A stretch of 63,900 bases of DNA, filler included, from Octopus bimaculoides (lineage: Eukaryota): assembly GCF_001194135.2 (NCBI RefSeq). It is 8 parts of 7 records of this genome, joined end to end, with 100 filler letters (N's around TTAATTAATTAA, not from the genome) between each part and the next. Parts side by side here need not be neighbours in the genome. Positions count along the whole stretch, not along the records: positions 1 to 7,914 come from NC_069004.1; positions 8,015 to 15,535 come from NC_068991.1; 6 more parts are not named here. The stretch is one strand, 5' to 3'. A program made the translations under genes and the position numbers. This document shows, in pieces, positions 1 through 12,180 of this stretch (position 1 is its first letter; each line of letters starts with the position of its first letter). The notes under the pieces were generated by a model. It had not been told where the DNA came from. It made no database searches and worked only from the letters and a program-made list of their open reading frames with translations.

Positions 1-212
1 TCGAGCGTGGCCGTTTTCGTGCAGGTGACACGTAAAAGCACCCACTACACTCTCTGAGTGGTTGGCGTTAGGAAGGGCATCCAGCTGTAGAAACTCTGCC
101 AAATCAGACTGGAGCCTGGTGTTGCCATCCGGTTTCACCAGTCCTCAGTCAAATCGTCCAACCCATGCTAGCATGGAAAGCGGACGTTAAACGATGATGA
201 TGATGATGATGA
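1..212 (+). mobile_element. SINE/LINE-tail repeat ending ccaacccatgctagcatggaaagcggacgttaaa(gat)n
   Basis: Same family recurs at about 3505-3700(-), 5810-6110(+), 7575-7790(+), 19960-20050(+) and 43150-43547(-). Confidence 0.8.
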
Positions 213-248
213 TATATATACTACATACATACATATATATATATATAC

Positions 249-282
<34 letters not shown>

Positions 283-782
283 ACATACATACATATATAT
301 ATACACACACACACACATATATATATACACACACACACATATATATATATATACACACACACACATATTCTTTAGCCCAATGTCTGGGGCACTGCCTTGT
401 AAAGTTTAATGGAAGGAATTGACCCCTGTACCCAGTCCTGGTACTTATTCTATCAGTTTCCTTTATCAGTCACTATATTCAAATTGGTGTAATCATTGCA
501 TTGTTCAATTAAAAGGAGCCACTTGAAACAGTCATAGTGCATTACTACTTGACATTCTGTTACTTATTTTGATTTTATTCACCTTACTTCAAGCTGTGCG
601 GATAATACTGCACTGAACTTATATGCTTCAACTTTAGTACCTAATTCAACTGAAACTTAATTACTTCACACACACACACATTATATATATATATATATAT
701 ACACACACACATATACCAATGAAAAGAAGAAAACAAAGAAAATTCTTTAACACATACACTGCATGTGCTATTATATATATAC

Positions 783-1487
783 ATGATGGCCGTCCACTCG
801 TGATCGAGGAAAACCATTGCTGACCTTCAGGAACATTGTGCGCTCTAGGACTAACTTATATCTTGCATTTGTGGCTCTGTTGGTGGCTAATGAGCCCTGC
901 TCTTGACAAGGATACATGACTGCAAACATTGCAGATCAAGCTTTACCCATTCACTACACTAGCAGTGCGCTTTTGAGAAGCACACTTAAGTTATTCATGT
1001 TGAATACATGCTCTCTCAAAAGTGTCGCCCCCTCCCTTAACCTGCTTCCTCCATCTGTGGTGATGACAGGCATTGCTCTCCCAGTCAGTCTCCTGCATAT
1101 CACAGGCCTTTAATGAGGACATGACACAGTCCTTAAATTGCAGCCTTGGTTTCTGCCGGGGTCTTTTTCCATTCTCAAGTTCCCTATATAGCATCTCTTT
1201 AGGGATCCTGCTATCCTTCATTCTAATAAGGTGTCCAGTCCAATGTAACCAGTGCTTATGCACCATTGCCTCAATACTCAAGCTATCAGCTGTTCTCAGG
1301 ACCTGTGTGTCTGGAGTTTGTAAGGTCCAGCCAACATTCAAAATATGTCTGAGACATCTCTGATGAAAGCGTTCAAGATATTTCATCATCCAGGGAGCAA
1401 GAACAGCTGAGTGTGCTGCCCAGGTAGACAAATTTGTCTACCACTTTCAGAATTGTTCCTTCAATCAAGATAGCTGGTTCCATATAT
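783..1487 (-). mobile_element. RTE-clade (BovB-like) LINE 3' part, degenerate
   Basis: Translates to VVDKFVYLGSTLS, LERFHQRCLRHIL, WTGHLIRMKDSRIPKEMLY, SRAGLISHQ, followed by a short 3' UTR. Confidence 0.88.
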
Positions 1488-1622
1488 GGATTTCCTGGAG
1501 AAGTGCAATGAGCAGAATATGGATCTTGACCAGGTATTCATTGATTTAACCAAGGCCTTTGATACTGTAAATAGGGCCTTTCTATGGAAAATACTTGGAA
1601 AACTTGGATGTCTGGATCACCT
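1488..1622 (+). mobile_element. Inverted reverse-transcriptase fragment of an RTE LINE
   Basis: EKCNEQNMDLDQVFIDLTKAFDTVNRAFLWKILGKLGC is the RT motif DLxKAFD. Confidence 0.85.
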
Positions 1623-2400
1623 AGTAAAAGAACTTGAAAATACTGGTTGCAATATAACTTGTGATAATTTTTTTGCAAGTCTAGGATTGGCTTGAAAGCT
1701 GCTTAGCAAGAAAACTACTTTAGTTGGAACAATTAGAAAGAACAGACTAGAACTTCCAAGTGCTTTCACAAATGGAAAAGAAAGAGAAATCAACAGCACA
1801 ATATTTGGATTTCAAAAGGAATCTATGATCCTATCTTATTGTCACAAGAAATATTATGTAGTCACACTTATGAGTATAATGCACTCTCAGCCTTCAATTG
1901 ATTCAAAAAGTGCTGAAAATAAACCTGAAGTTATTATGTTATAACAAAACAAAAGGAGGAGTAGATACCCTAGATAAGATGGTAAGGACATACACTTGCA
2001 AAAGAATTACTTGAAGATGGCCTATGGTTATATTCTACAACATGATTGATATACGTGCAGTGAATGCTTTCCTTGCTGCTAAACAGCTTCACTTGCAAAG
2101 TTTCAAGGATAAAAAAAAGACAGTGCCTAATTCAAAAAGGAAAGGAACTTGCTGGAGTTAATGCTAAACAAGAACATGACAAACAATCTTCTAGTTCCGC
2201 TAACGTTTCTTAACCAAACAAGAAAATAAGACAATCTTCAACCTCATTTGAGATTCCTCAGCCAAAGCAAAAAGGAAGATGTTCTTTGTGTGGCCCCAAA
2301 ATAGATCAGGAAAAATCGTACTACATGTAAGAATTGTAATATCCATGTTTGCTGAGAACATTCCAATGTTGTCTGCATTCACTGCCATGAAGAGCTGTAA
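1623..2400 (+). mobile_element. piggyBac (PGBD4-like) transposase remnant
   Basis: Across stops and frameshifts: NITCDNFFASL, TTLVGTIRKNR, TKGGVDTLDKMVRTYTCKR, RWPMVIFYNMID, and a C-terminal Cys-rich stretch. Confidence 0.88.
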
Positions 2401-2444
2401 TTCTGTATTTTTGTAATTTTTAAAATTTATAATATATTCAGGTA

Positions 2445-2679
2445 TAGGAGTGGTTGTGTGGTAAGTAGCTTGCTTACGAACCACATGGTTCCGAGTTCAG
2501 TCCCACTGTGTGGCACCTTGGACAAGTGTCTTCTACTATAGCCTCGGGCCGATCAAAGCCTTGTGAGTGGATTTGGTAGATGGAAACTGAAAGAAGCCCA
2601 TCGTATATATGTATGTGTGTGTATATGTTTGTGTGTCTGTGTTTGTACCCCAAACATTGCTTGACAACCGGTGCTGGTG
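2445..2679 (+). mobile_element. tRNA-derived CORE-type SINE, 5' half
   Basis: Head gtggttgtgtggtaag...ggttccgagttcagtccc, then a CORE-like tggcaccttggacaagtgtcttctactatagc segment. Many copies in the window. Confidence 0.8.
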
Positions 2680-3848
2680 NNNNNNNNNNNNNNNNNNNNN
2701 NNNNNNNNNNNNNNNNNNNNNNNNNNNNNNNNNNNNNNNNNNNNNNNNNNNNNNNNNNNNNNNNNNNNNNNNNNNNNNNNNNNNNNNNNNNNNNNNNNNN
2801 NNNNNNNNNNNNNNNNNNNNNNNNNNNNNNNNNNNNNNNNNNNNNNNNNNNNNNNNNNNNNNNNNNNNNNNNNNNNNNNNNNNNNNNNNNNNNNNNNNNN
2901 NNNNNNNNNNNNNNNNNNNNNNNNNNNNNNNNNNNNNNNNNNNNNNNNNNNNNNNNNNNNNNNNNNNNNNNNNNNNNNNNNNNNNNNNNNNNNNNNNNNN
3001 NNNNNNNNNNNNNNNNNNNNNNNNNNNNNNNNNNNNNNNNNNNNNNNNNNNNNNNNNNNNNNNNNNNNNNNNNNNNNNNNNNNNNNNNNNNNTATTGGGT
3101 CCATTGGACCCAGTTGGTAATTAGTGAATGGAAATTATGATAACACATTCAGTTTCAAAGAAAAACTCTCTTCCTGTTTCATTTCTTTGTAAATACTTCA
3201 CTGTTAATTATTATAATACTTTCACTTTTCCTTAACTATATTTAGTGTGATGACCTGACTGGTGACCATGGCTACTGCTGCTTATTGTTGTTTACAGAGT
3301 ACAAAGGAGAGAGGGAAAGAGAGGGGGGAGGGAGAGAGAGAGAGGGGGGAGTACCATGAATCGACAGAGAAGTTGAAAATTCTCTTTACTTTTCTCCTTT
3401 AGTGTCTTCGACTGAAACTCACTCCCTCATCATTTCTAAGGGTTATCTTCCACTGCCAGCAGAACTGTAAACAGATAAACACAAACACCCCACACGCGCA
3501 CCCCCACAAACACATCATCATCATCATCACATTACTACGTCTGTTTTCCAAGCTGACAGGAGTTGGATGGCTTGACAGTATCTGGCAAAGCCAAGGGCCA
3601 CAGCAGGTTCCATAGTCTGTTTTGGCTTGGTTTCTATAGCTGGATGCTCTTCCTAACACCAAGTACTTTACAAAGTGCACTGGGTGCTTTTTATGTTGCC
3701 CCATAACCAGTACTTTTTATATGGCACCAACATGAGTGCTTTGTACATAGTACCTTGGTTTTAGGATATTAAGTCCGTTGTGGTGCATGGGTCTTCATGA
3801 AAACAGCAATGCTTCATACTTTTGTGCGTGTGTGGGTGTGTGTGTGTG

Positions 3849-3896
<48 letters not shown>

Positions 3897-4001
3897 NNNN
3901 NNNNNNATATATAGAGAGAGAGAGAGAGAGAGAGTTATATGTATATGTGTGCATATATATATACATATATATATGTATATAGTTATATGTATATGTGTGT
4001 G

Positions 4002-4033
<32 letters not shown>

Positions 4034-4707
4034 TATATACACACCTACAAACATACATATATATATATGTATACAGGGTTGGCTAAAAGTCATCTGACAG
4101 TAAATCAAAACCATTTAATTCCAAGATTTATTTATGTTTAACAACTGAATAAATTTAATAAAAGCACCCAAATATGAAACATGGATCTTTTCCCTTCGAA
4201 CGGCAGATTGAGAAATTAATTTTTTGTAACTAAACACTTTCAAACTTCGGACACTGGTAGAATGTGTCATATAAAACATCTTTTACTCTTAGTGTTGTTG
4301 AAAAAAGTTTATATTTTCTAAGTTATTTCGTGTTAAAGTAGTCGTATTTCGGTAATTTCAACCAATCAATGACGTGTATTCAGCTGGATAAAATTACTGC
4401 CGTTGTTTGTCAACAACAACTATTGGCGGTGTATATTTTGTTTGTCACTGTTATTTATGGCATCATTTGTGCGTTTGCACTGGTTATAGCTTTAGGATTT
4501 TAAGGTTGGGGTTAGGGTTTTAGGGTTAGGGTTAGTGGTTTGGCAAAAGAGACCGACAGAATAAGTACTAGGCTTACAAAGAATAAGTCCTGGGATCGAT
4601 TTGCTTGACTAAAGGTGGTGCTCCAGCATGGCCGCAGTGAAATGACTGAAACAAGTAAAAGAATAAGAGAAAAAAAAAGGTGATGCAAGTAAAAGATAGA
4701 TAGATAG

Positions 4708-4773
<66 letters not shown>

Positions 4774-4949
4774 NNNNNNNNNNAGAGAGAGAGAGAGAGT
4801 GAGTGAGAGAGAGCTTTGCAAGTATGAATTTCCAGGTTTGGTCTCACTGCATAGCAACTTGAGCAAGTTTCTTCTTTGCCTTAGCTAATTTGATAACAGA
4901 AACAGTGTAGAAGTTTGTCATACACACACACACACACACACACATGCAT

Positions 4950-5225
4950 AAAGATGTATGTATAAACCTGGTACTTATTCAAGTAAACATTCTAACACTG
5001 GTTGTCAAGCAGTGGTGGGAGACAAACACAGACACAGAGGCGCACACACACAGACACACATGCAGAGACTCATATATACGACAGGGCTTCTTTCAGTTAC
5101 TGTCTACCAAATCCACTCACAATATTGGGTCAGCCCAAGGCTATAGTAGAAAACATTTGCCCAAGGTGCAACACAATGGGATTGAACCTGGAACCATGTA
5201 GCTGAGAAGCAAACTTCTTTCCACT
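4950..5225 (-). mobile_element. CORE-type SINE copy
   Basis: Reverse complement of the 56960-57356 family. Confidence 0.75.
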
Positions 5226-6419
5226 TAAACATCCAAAACAAAAGACTATATTTAACACACTGTATACAAATTAACTAACTTCAAAAACAGGATTTGTCTA
5301 CTCAATACAGGGTGCAGTATATTTCACAGTATTGAACAGTCTTCTCGAATTTCTGGAAATTCCATATAAAAGGCTCAGTACTGCATTATCTGGCTTGTAA
5401 CCATATAAAGCAAACATGTTAGGCACATACGTCACACCTATGCCTTGGGCAGGATATATTAAGATTTCATTGAAATATGAGTAATTTTTAAAATAAAGAA
5501 AGCAATGCTCACATCAGAACACTGACCTTATCATAATGTTTAACACATATCCTGTTTCTTAATCCATATCACCACCACCACCACTATTACTATTACAATA
5601 ACAACAATGACCACCACCACCACCACCACTACTGCTATTACTATAATATGACAATGACTGCCACCACTGCTGCCACCACCACCACCACCACCACCAAATC
5701 TCAAAGCTACAAGATAATGCATGATTAATTCAAAACATCATAAATAAATGTTACATTTGACTAAGTAATCTGAATTCTAAAGGGTTAATGTCTGTTTTTC
5801 TCACAGAGGCAATGACAGATGACTGAGACCTTTGGCATTATGCTGTGCTTGAGAAGAAGACCCATCAAGCTAAATGAAATCAAGGTCATGGCAGATACTG
5901 GTGTCACGCAACTGGCACCCATGCCGGTGGCCCATAAAAACACCCATTACACTCTTGGAGTGGTTGGTATGTTAGGAAGGGCATCCAACTGTAGAAACCA
6001 TGCTAAATGAGATTGGAGTATGGTGCAACCCCTACACTTACCAGCCCTGATCAAACCATCCAACCCATGCCAGCATGGACAAGGGATGTCCAATGATGAT
6101 GATGATGATGATAATTACTTGAGGTGATACGTGAAAGAATGGGATGTCATAGTCTACTTGCAAGGAGTGACATTTATTTTGTATGTGTATTTCGTGTGCA
6201 AGATTCTTGATGTGGATACATGTGTTGAAAGAAATACAATTAAACCTTGGGAGAGGCATTATGCCGGTAATAAACACACGCACTGGTTCAGTCCTTTATT
6301 AATTTATAAGCAGTATTTATTTTTTTTGTTAAATCATTTCATTGCACTCTTGCAATCTCTTCAGTAACTTGTCTCTCCACTTCCATTTATTTTGAATGTA
6401 TGACATTTATTAATTTCCA

Positions 6420-6960
6420 AGAAGTCCAAAACTCTTATCGCCTTCAAAGTAGGATTCTCTGAATTTGGTGCACTTGTAGTGCTCCAGCCACTTCATGAAG
6501 TTCTTCTAAGTAAAAGTCCAGGATCTTTGTCACAACCTCCTTTGTCTTCTCAATGTCTTCAAACCGATTGCTGCTGGCGTTCTCCTTCAGCTTGGGGGAA
6601 CAACGAAAAGTCACAGGGAACAAGGTCTGGACAGTTTTGATGCTCATCTCTGTCAAATAGCTGGATACCAGGATTGAATTATGGACTGGTGCAGGTGTCA
6701 CCAACTCAAGTGGAAGAGCTCTGGCCGTTTGTGACAAAATCCCTTCTTGAACTCTCTCAGACCTTCCAAAAAGTACTCTTTATTGACTGTCTGGCTAGAG
6801 GGAATCCAGTAGATTTAGATGATATCCTTGCCAAAAAAGGGGATTGTCATGAGCTTCCCAGTGAACCTGCTTTACTTCGCCTTTTTGAGTTTGTGGTAAG
6901 CTACTCCAACTGCTTTGAGAAGCCAGTTTTAAAAGGTGAACCTTCAAAGCAAACAACCAA
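6420..6960 (-). mobile_element. mariner transposase C-terminal remnant
   Basis: With frameshifts: QTVNKEYFLEGLREFKK, APVHNSILVSSYLTEMSIKTV, a decayed YSPDLAPCDF region, PKLKENASSNRFEDIE, KWLEHYKC..SYFEGD. Confidence 0.88.
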
Positions 6961-7189
6961 AATCAATATTAAATATTTTATCATTTACCTATTACTTGTT
7001 TCAGTCATTGGACTGCCACCATGCTGCAACATCATCTTGAAGGATTTGGTTGAACAAATCAACCCAAGTACTTAATTTCTTTTAAATTTGGTACTTATTC
7101 TATCTCATTTGCAGACCTGCTAAGTTATGGGGACTTAAACAAAACCAACACTGGCTGTCAAGTGGTGGTGGTGGTGGGAAAACACACAT

Positions 7190-7350
7190 AGATTCGAAAC
7201 GCCTAGTTTAGAATAGAGGCAGCTGATGAAGGAAAAGTTCCATAAGTGGCTCGTCTGTTTTCCTATGTGTTCCTTCTGTTGTCTGTAAAAAAAAGTCCGT
7301 TCTTGTGCTTTATGTTCCCGTTCCTTTTTTGACGTCCTGTACCCGGATAT
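7190..7350 (+). mobile_element. Penelope-like terminal-repeat fragment with degenerate hammerhead core
   Basis: TTC-GAAA-CG (7196) and CTGATGA-AGG (7223), followed by a pyrimidine-rich tail homologous to 29500-29620. Confidence 0.5.
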
Positions 7351-7424
7351 CCATTTATATATACATGTAGATGTAGGTATGTACATATATGTATGTATAC
7401 ATCCATATGCTCATATATCATTTG

Positions 7425-7485
<61 letters not shown>

Positions 7486-7803
7486 TATATATATACACAC
7501 ACGTGTTTTTTGTTTTTTTGTGAATTCTCCCTATACATACACATATATATATATATACATATACATATATATACATGTTGCCAGTACCGCTTGACTAGCC
7601 CTCGTACCGGTGGCATGTAAAGGTACCCACTACACTCTCAGAGTGGTTGGCGTTAGGAAGGGCATCCAGCTGTAGAAATCCTGCCAGATCAGATTGGAGT
7701 CTGGTGCAGTCATCTGACTCAACAGTCCTCAGTCAAACCGTCCAACCCATGCCAGCATGGAAAAGTGGATGTTAAACAATGATGATGGTGACATATATAT
7801 ATA

Positions 7804-7839
<36 letters not shown>

Positions 7840-7873
7840 TCATATACATATATACATACATACATACATATAT

Positions 7874-7914
<41 letters not shown>

Positions 7915-8014
7915 NNNNNNNNNNNNNNNNNNNNNNNNNNNNNNNNNNNNNNNNNNNNTTAATTAATTAANNNNNNNNNNNNNNNNNNNNNNNNNNNNNN
8001 NNNNNNNNNNNNNN
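7915..8014. other. Artificial 100-nt scaffold spacer (44N-TTAATTAATTAA-44N)
   Basis: The same 12-mer inside N runs at 7959, 15580, 27344, 37754, 43592, 50543 and 59716; it places stops in all six frames. Confidence 0.95.
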
Positions 8015-8264
8015 ATACATATATATATACATACATATATACACACACATATATATATATATACATATATATATGATACATATGTACATATAATTATATA
8101 CACGCACATGTATACACATATATAATATATATACACGCATACATATATACACATATATACATGCGTATATAGATATGTATATTACATATATAGATTTAAA
8201 TACATGTATATAAACTTATATGCATATGAACACATATATAGATACATACATATGAACTTATATA

Positions 8265-8305
<41 letters not shown>

Positions 8306-8307
<2 letters not shown>

Positions 8308-8570
8308 CGGCACATGGCCTAGTAGTTAGAGCAGCGGACTCACGCTCGATGGATCGCGGGTTCGAATCTCAGACTGGGTGATATGTGTGTTTATCAGCGA
8401 AACACCTAAACTCCACGCTGCTCCAGCAGAAGGTAATGGCGAACTGCTGCTGACTCTTTCGCCACAAATTTCTCTCACTCTTTCCTTCTGCATCTAGCAG
8501 CTTACCTGTGACGGACTGGCGTCAATGAAACCGGGAAAGCGGCCCTAATGAGCCAGGTATGGCTCGAGAA
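8306..8570 (+). mobile_element. tRNA-derived SINE (second family)
   Basis: A-box tggcctagtagtt, B-box ggttcgaatc, body gcgaaaacacctaaa...ctccacg shared with 9337-9640. Confidence 0.78.
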
Positions 8571-8597
8571 AGATCAAACAACTTATATATATATATT

Positions 8598-8651
<54 letters not shown>

Positions 8652-9149
8652 AATGCATATATACACATATATACCTACATACATATATACACATGTATAT
8701 CTACATATCTATACCAACATATAACACACACATACATACNNNNNNNNNNATATTCACGCATATACGCACAGATACACACAGATACACACGCACATTTATA
8801 AGCGCCCGCACGCACACAAATGACATAGAAACACCTGAGTGAATAATTGAGGATAGGGAGTGACATGCATTTTCTAAAAGAATAAATCAAGGTGAAGACA
8901 GGTCAGAACGTAGCCGGCCAGTCATTTTTAATGTGGTCAGCGGAGGCAAACGGTGTTGAAAAGGGCATAATTTTGATGATGTCCAGAAAACCTTATCTAC
9001 GCTCTAATAAAGTAAAAACGTTTTGAATGCACTTCCTCTATGTAGCAAATTGTTTTGGGCTACCACATAAACCTAATTATTAACCCATTAATTAATATGT
9101 AGTCACAGTATGCGTACAGTATGCATACATATATTTTATGTTTCTGTAT

Positions 9150-9336
9150 GGAAAACCTCGGCAAAGTCCTCTTCGTTGACCGTTCGGCCAGAGGGAAACC
9201 AGCGGGTGTAGACGATGATTTTGCTGTTGAGAAAGGGGATCATCACGAATGAAAAACAGACGCTGAGCTCATACAATTTAAGCCATTAGCAGCCTGAAGC
9301 ATTTCATAAGTTTCTTCAATGTTATTGTCCACTTTG
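9150..9336 (-). mobile_element. mariner transposase remnant (internally deleted)
   Basis: EETYEMLQAANGLNCMSSASVF (HTH region) joined to MIPFLNSKIIVYTRWFPSGRTVNEED; cut off by the SINE at 9337. Confidence 0.7.
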
Positions 9337-9640
9337 TGGAGGCGCAATGGCCCAGTGGTTAGGGCAGCGGACTCGCGGTCATAGGATCGCGGTTTTGATT
9401 CCCAGACCGGGCGTTGTGAGTGTTTATTGAGCGAAAACACCTAAAGCTCCACGAGGCTCCGGCAGGGGATGGTGGCGAACCCTGCTGTACTCTTTCACCA
9501 CAACTTTCTCTCACTCTTACTGTAATTCAAAGGGTCAGCCTTGTCACACTGTGTCATGCTGAATATCTCCGAGAACTACGTTAAGAGTACACGTGTCTGT
9601 GGAGTGCTCAGCCACTTGCACGTTAATTTCACGAGCAGGC
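9337..9640 (+). mobile_element. tRNA-derived SINE (second family)
   Basis: ggaggcgcaatggcccagtggttagggcagcggactcg head with A and B boxes; homologous to 8306-8570. Confidence 0.8.
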
Positions 9641-9944
9641 TTTAACGAAAGACTTCTCTAATGTTTTTGTCCACTTCAACGAAAGAGTTTACGTAGTCTT
9701 TATGTCCCGATTGCGTCCTGCAAACTAATCTGCTATACAAGCAGGATTTCGTATGGTGTGTTCAACGTGCTGTTACAGCAGTCTCCTTCGATCCACTCAC
9801 ATGCCTATGGACAGCCCTGGGTCTATAGTAGAAGATACGTACCCTAGGTTCCACGCAGTAGGACTGGACTCGGAACCATGTGGCTGGGCGGCAAACTTCT
9901 TACCACACAGCCACGTCTATAACATATTCATACATATATCCATA

Positions 9945-10008
<64 letters not shown>

Positions 10009-11324
10009 TGTGTGTGTGTGTGTGTGTATGCGTTTATATATACATCTGTACATATGTAGTTTATATGCACGCGAACATATACAGTCCATCGTTACCGTTC
10101 TCACAGTAATCCATCTTCACTGCAGATGTCTAATGAAGCGTTAATATCATGATGAAAGCATATTTTATATGTATATGTATATATAAATATATATATATAT
10201 AGACATAAATATATATATATACACACACACACACATGTATATATATGTATACACACACATACACACACACACACATACGCACAAACATGCACACACGCAC
10301 AGAACAAGGAAGCATTTAGTTTGAAACCTAGTTTCTGCTCCAGATCAACTGAACTCTGTCTGAGCCGTGTCGAGTGCACGATTATTTGTTGTCGCTGTTT
10401 TGAAAATACTTATATTCAAAATGCGTTTCACACTGAAATCCTTCTTACACCGATTAAACTTTGAGATAAACTTTAAATGTAAAAAAGTTATCACGTCTCG
10501 CTCGGACTTTACAGTGCAGGTGACATATCATCCATCATTTGCGTGTGAGTGCATGTGGGTGCGTGCGTGGTGTGTTTGTGCGTGCGTGTATGTGTGTATG
10601 TGTGTGTGTGTGTGTGTACACGTGTTTCTAACTCTTCCTTACTAACTTTTTTCATTTCTTTTTTTTTTTTTTTTTTTTTTTTTTTTNNNNNNNNNNNNNN
10701 NNNNNNNNNNNNNNNNNNNNNNNNNNNNNNNNNNNNNNNNNNNNNNNNNNNNNNNNNNNNNNNNNNNNNNNNNNNNNNNNNNNNNNNNNNNNNNNNNNNN
10801 NNNNNNNNNNNNNNNNNNNNNNNNNNNNNNNNNNNNNNNNNNNNNNNNNNNNNNNNNNNNNNNNNNNNNNNNNNNNNNNNNNNNNNNNNNNNNNNNNNNN
10901 NNNNNNNNNNNNNNNNNNNNNNNNNNNNNNNNNNNNNNNNNNNNNNNNNNNNNNNNNNNNNNNNNNNNNNNNNNNNNNNNNNNNNNNNNNNNNNNNNNNN
11001 NNNNNNNNNNNNNNNNNNNNNNNNNNNNNNNNNNNNNNNNNNNNNNNNNNNNNNNNNNNNNNNNNNNNNNNNNNNNNNNNNNNNNNNNNNNNNNNNNNNN
11101 NNNNNNNNNNNNNNNNNNNNNNNATATATATACATATATATCACATACATACATGCATAAACACAAACACACATACACACATGTATGAGATGAAAGAGAA
11201 AGTAAGTCAGATTTTGAGATAATATACCGACAAGAATATATCAAGTATGTCAGGGTTTGAATAATCACTGTGTTACGTTATTTATCCAATTTATTTTTTA
11301 TTTTGATATCTAATGATTAAAAAG

Positions 11325-11535
11325 CGGCCAGCCGGCAGAATTGTTAGTACGCCGGACAAAAATGGTTAGCACTATTTCGTCCGTCTTTACGTTCAAATTC
11401 TGCCAAAGTTGACTTTGCAGTTTATCCTTTCGAGGTCGATAAAGTAAGTATCAGTTGAACACTTGGGGGTCGATGTAGTCGAGTAAACTCCTTTCCCAAA
11501 ATTGCTGGCTTGAGCCAAAGGCTGAAACCAATCGC
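11325..11535 (+). mobile_element. SINE of the ggcggcgagctggcagaa family (Nin-domain-like body)
   Basis: Body gtcgactttgcctttcatcctttcggggtcgataaa..gtaccagt...ggggtcgat; more than 15 related copies visible in the window. Confidence 0.75.
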
Positions 11536-11548
11536 TAGTGATTATGCA

Positions 11549-11604
<56 letters not shown>

Positions 11605-12180
11605 AATGTAAATGGTAGGTAATTTCTATGAATACGGAAAGTGCAGCTCCGTTGCAAACTCCAATTAAAGTCATATATTTGAGTCGCAAATAAATAGACA
11701 CAAGCATGGCTGTGTGGTAGGAAGTTTGCTTTTTTTAACCCAATGGTTCCGGGTTCAGTCGCACTGCCTGGCACATTGGGCCAACATTTTCGAATATATT
11801 TGGAAACTGAAACAAGCTAATATATATGTTGTGTGTATCTTCACCATAGGTTGACAACTAGTGTTTGTGTGTTTGCATCCCTGTAAATTAGTGGTTCGTC
11901 AAAAGGGAAAGATAGAATTCGTACCATGTTTTAAAAATCTAGTACTGGGGTCTAATTACTGAAATAAGAAAAAGACGAAAGATATATATGTGTGTCTTTT
12001 TGCTTCCGTTGCCACCACTAAACAACCGGTGCTAGTTTATTTACATCTCTGTAACATAGCGGTTCGGCAGAAGAGTTGAGTTTCTTCAGCTAACTCTTCA
12101 AGGTGGTGCTCTAGCATGATCGTTGTCGAATGACTGAAATAAATGAGAGATAAAAGATAAAATATCTAAATTTATCTATT

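Noticed and set aside
6674-7075. 133-aa plus-strand ORF that looks globular
   Set aside because: It is the antisense frame of the mariner transposase remnant.
7959-7970. TTAATTAATTAA as a biological motif (piggyBac TTAA or homeodomain sites)
   Set aside because: Always centred in exactly 44+44 Ns; an artificial linker.
8306-9420. tRNA genes (also 13325-13372 and 56452-56505)
   Set aside because: The A/B boxes run into SINE bodies; no complete cloverleaf with acceptor stem.
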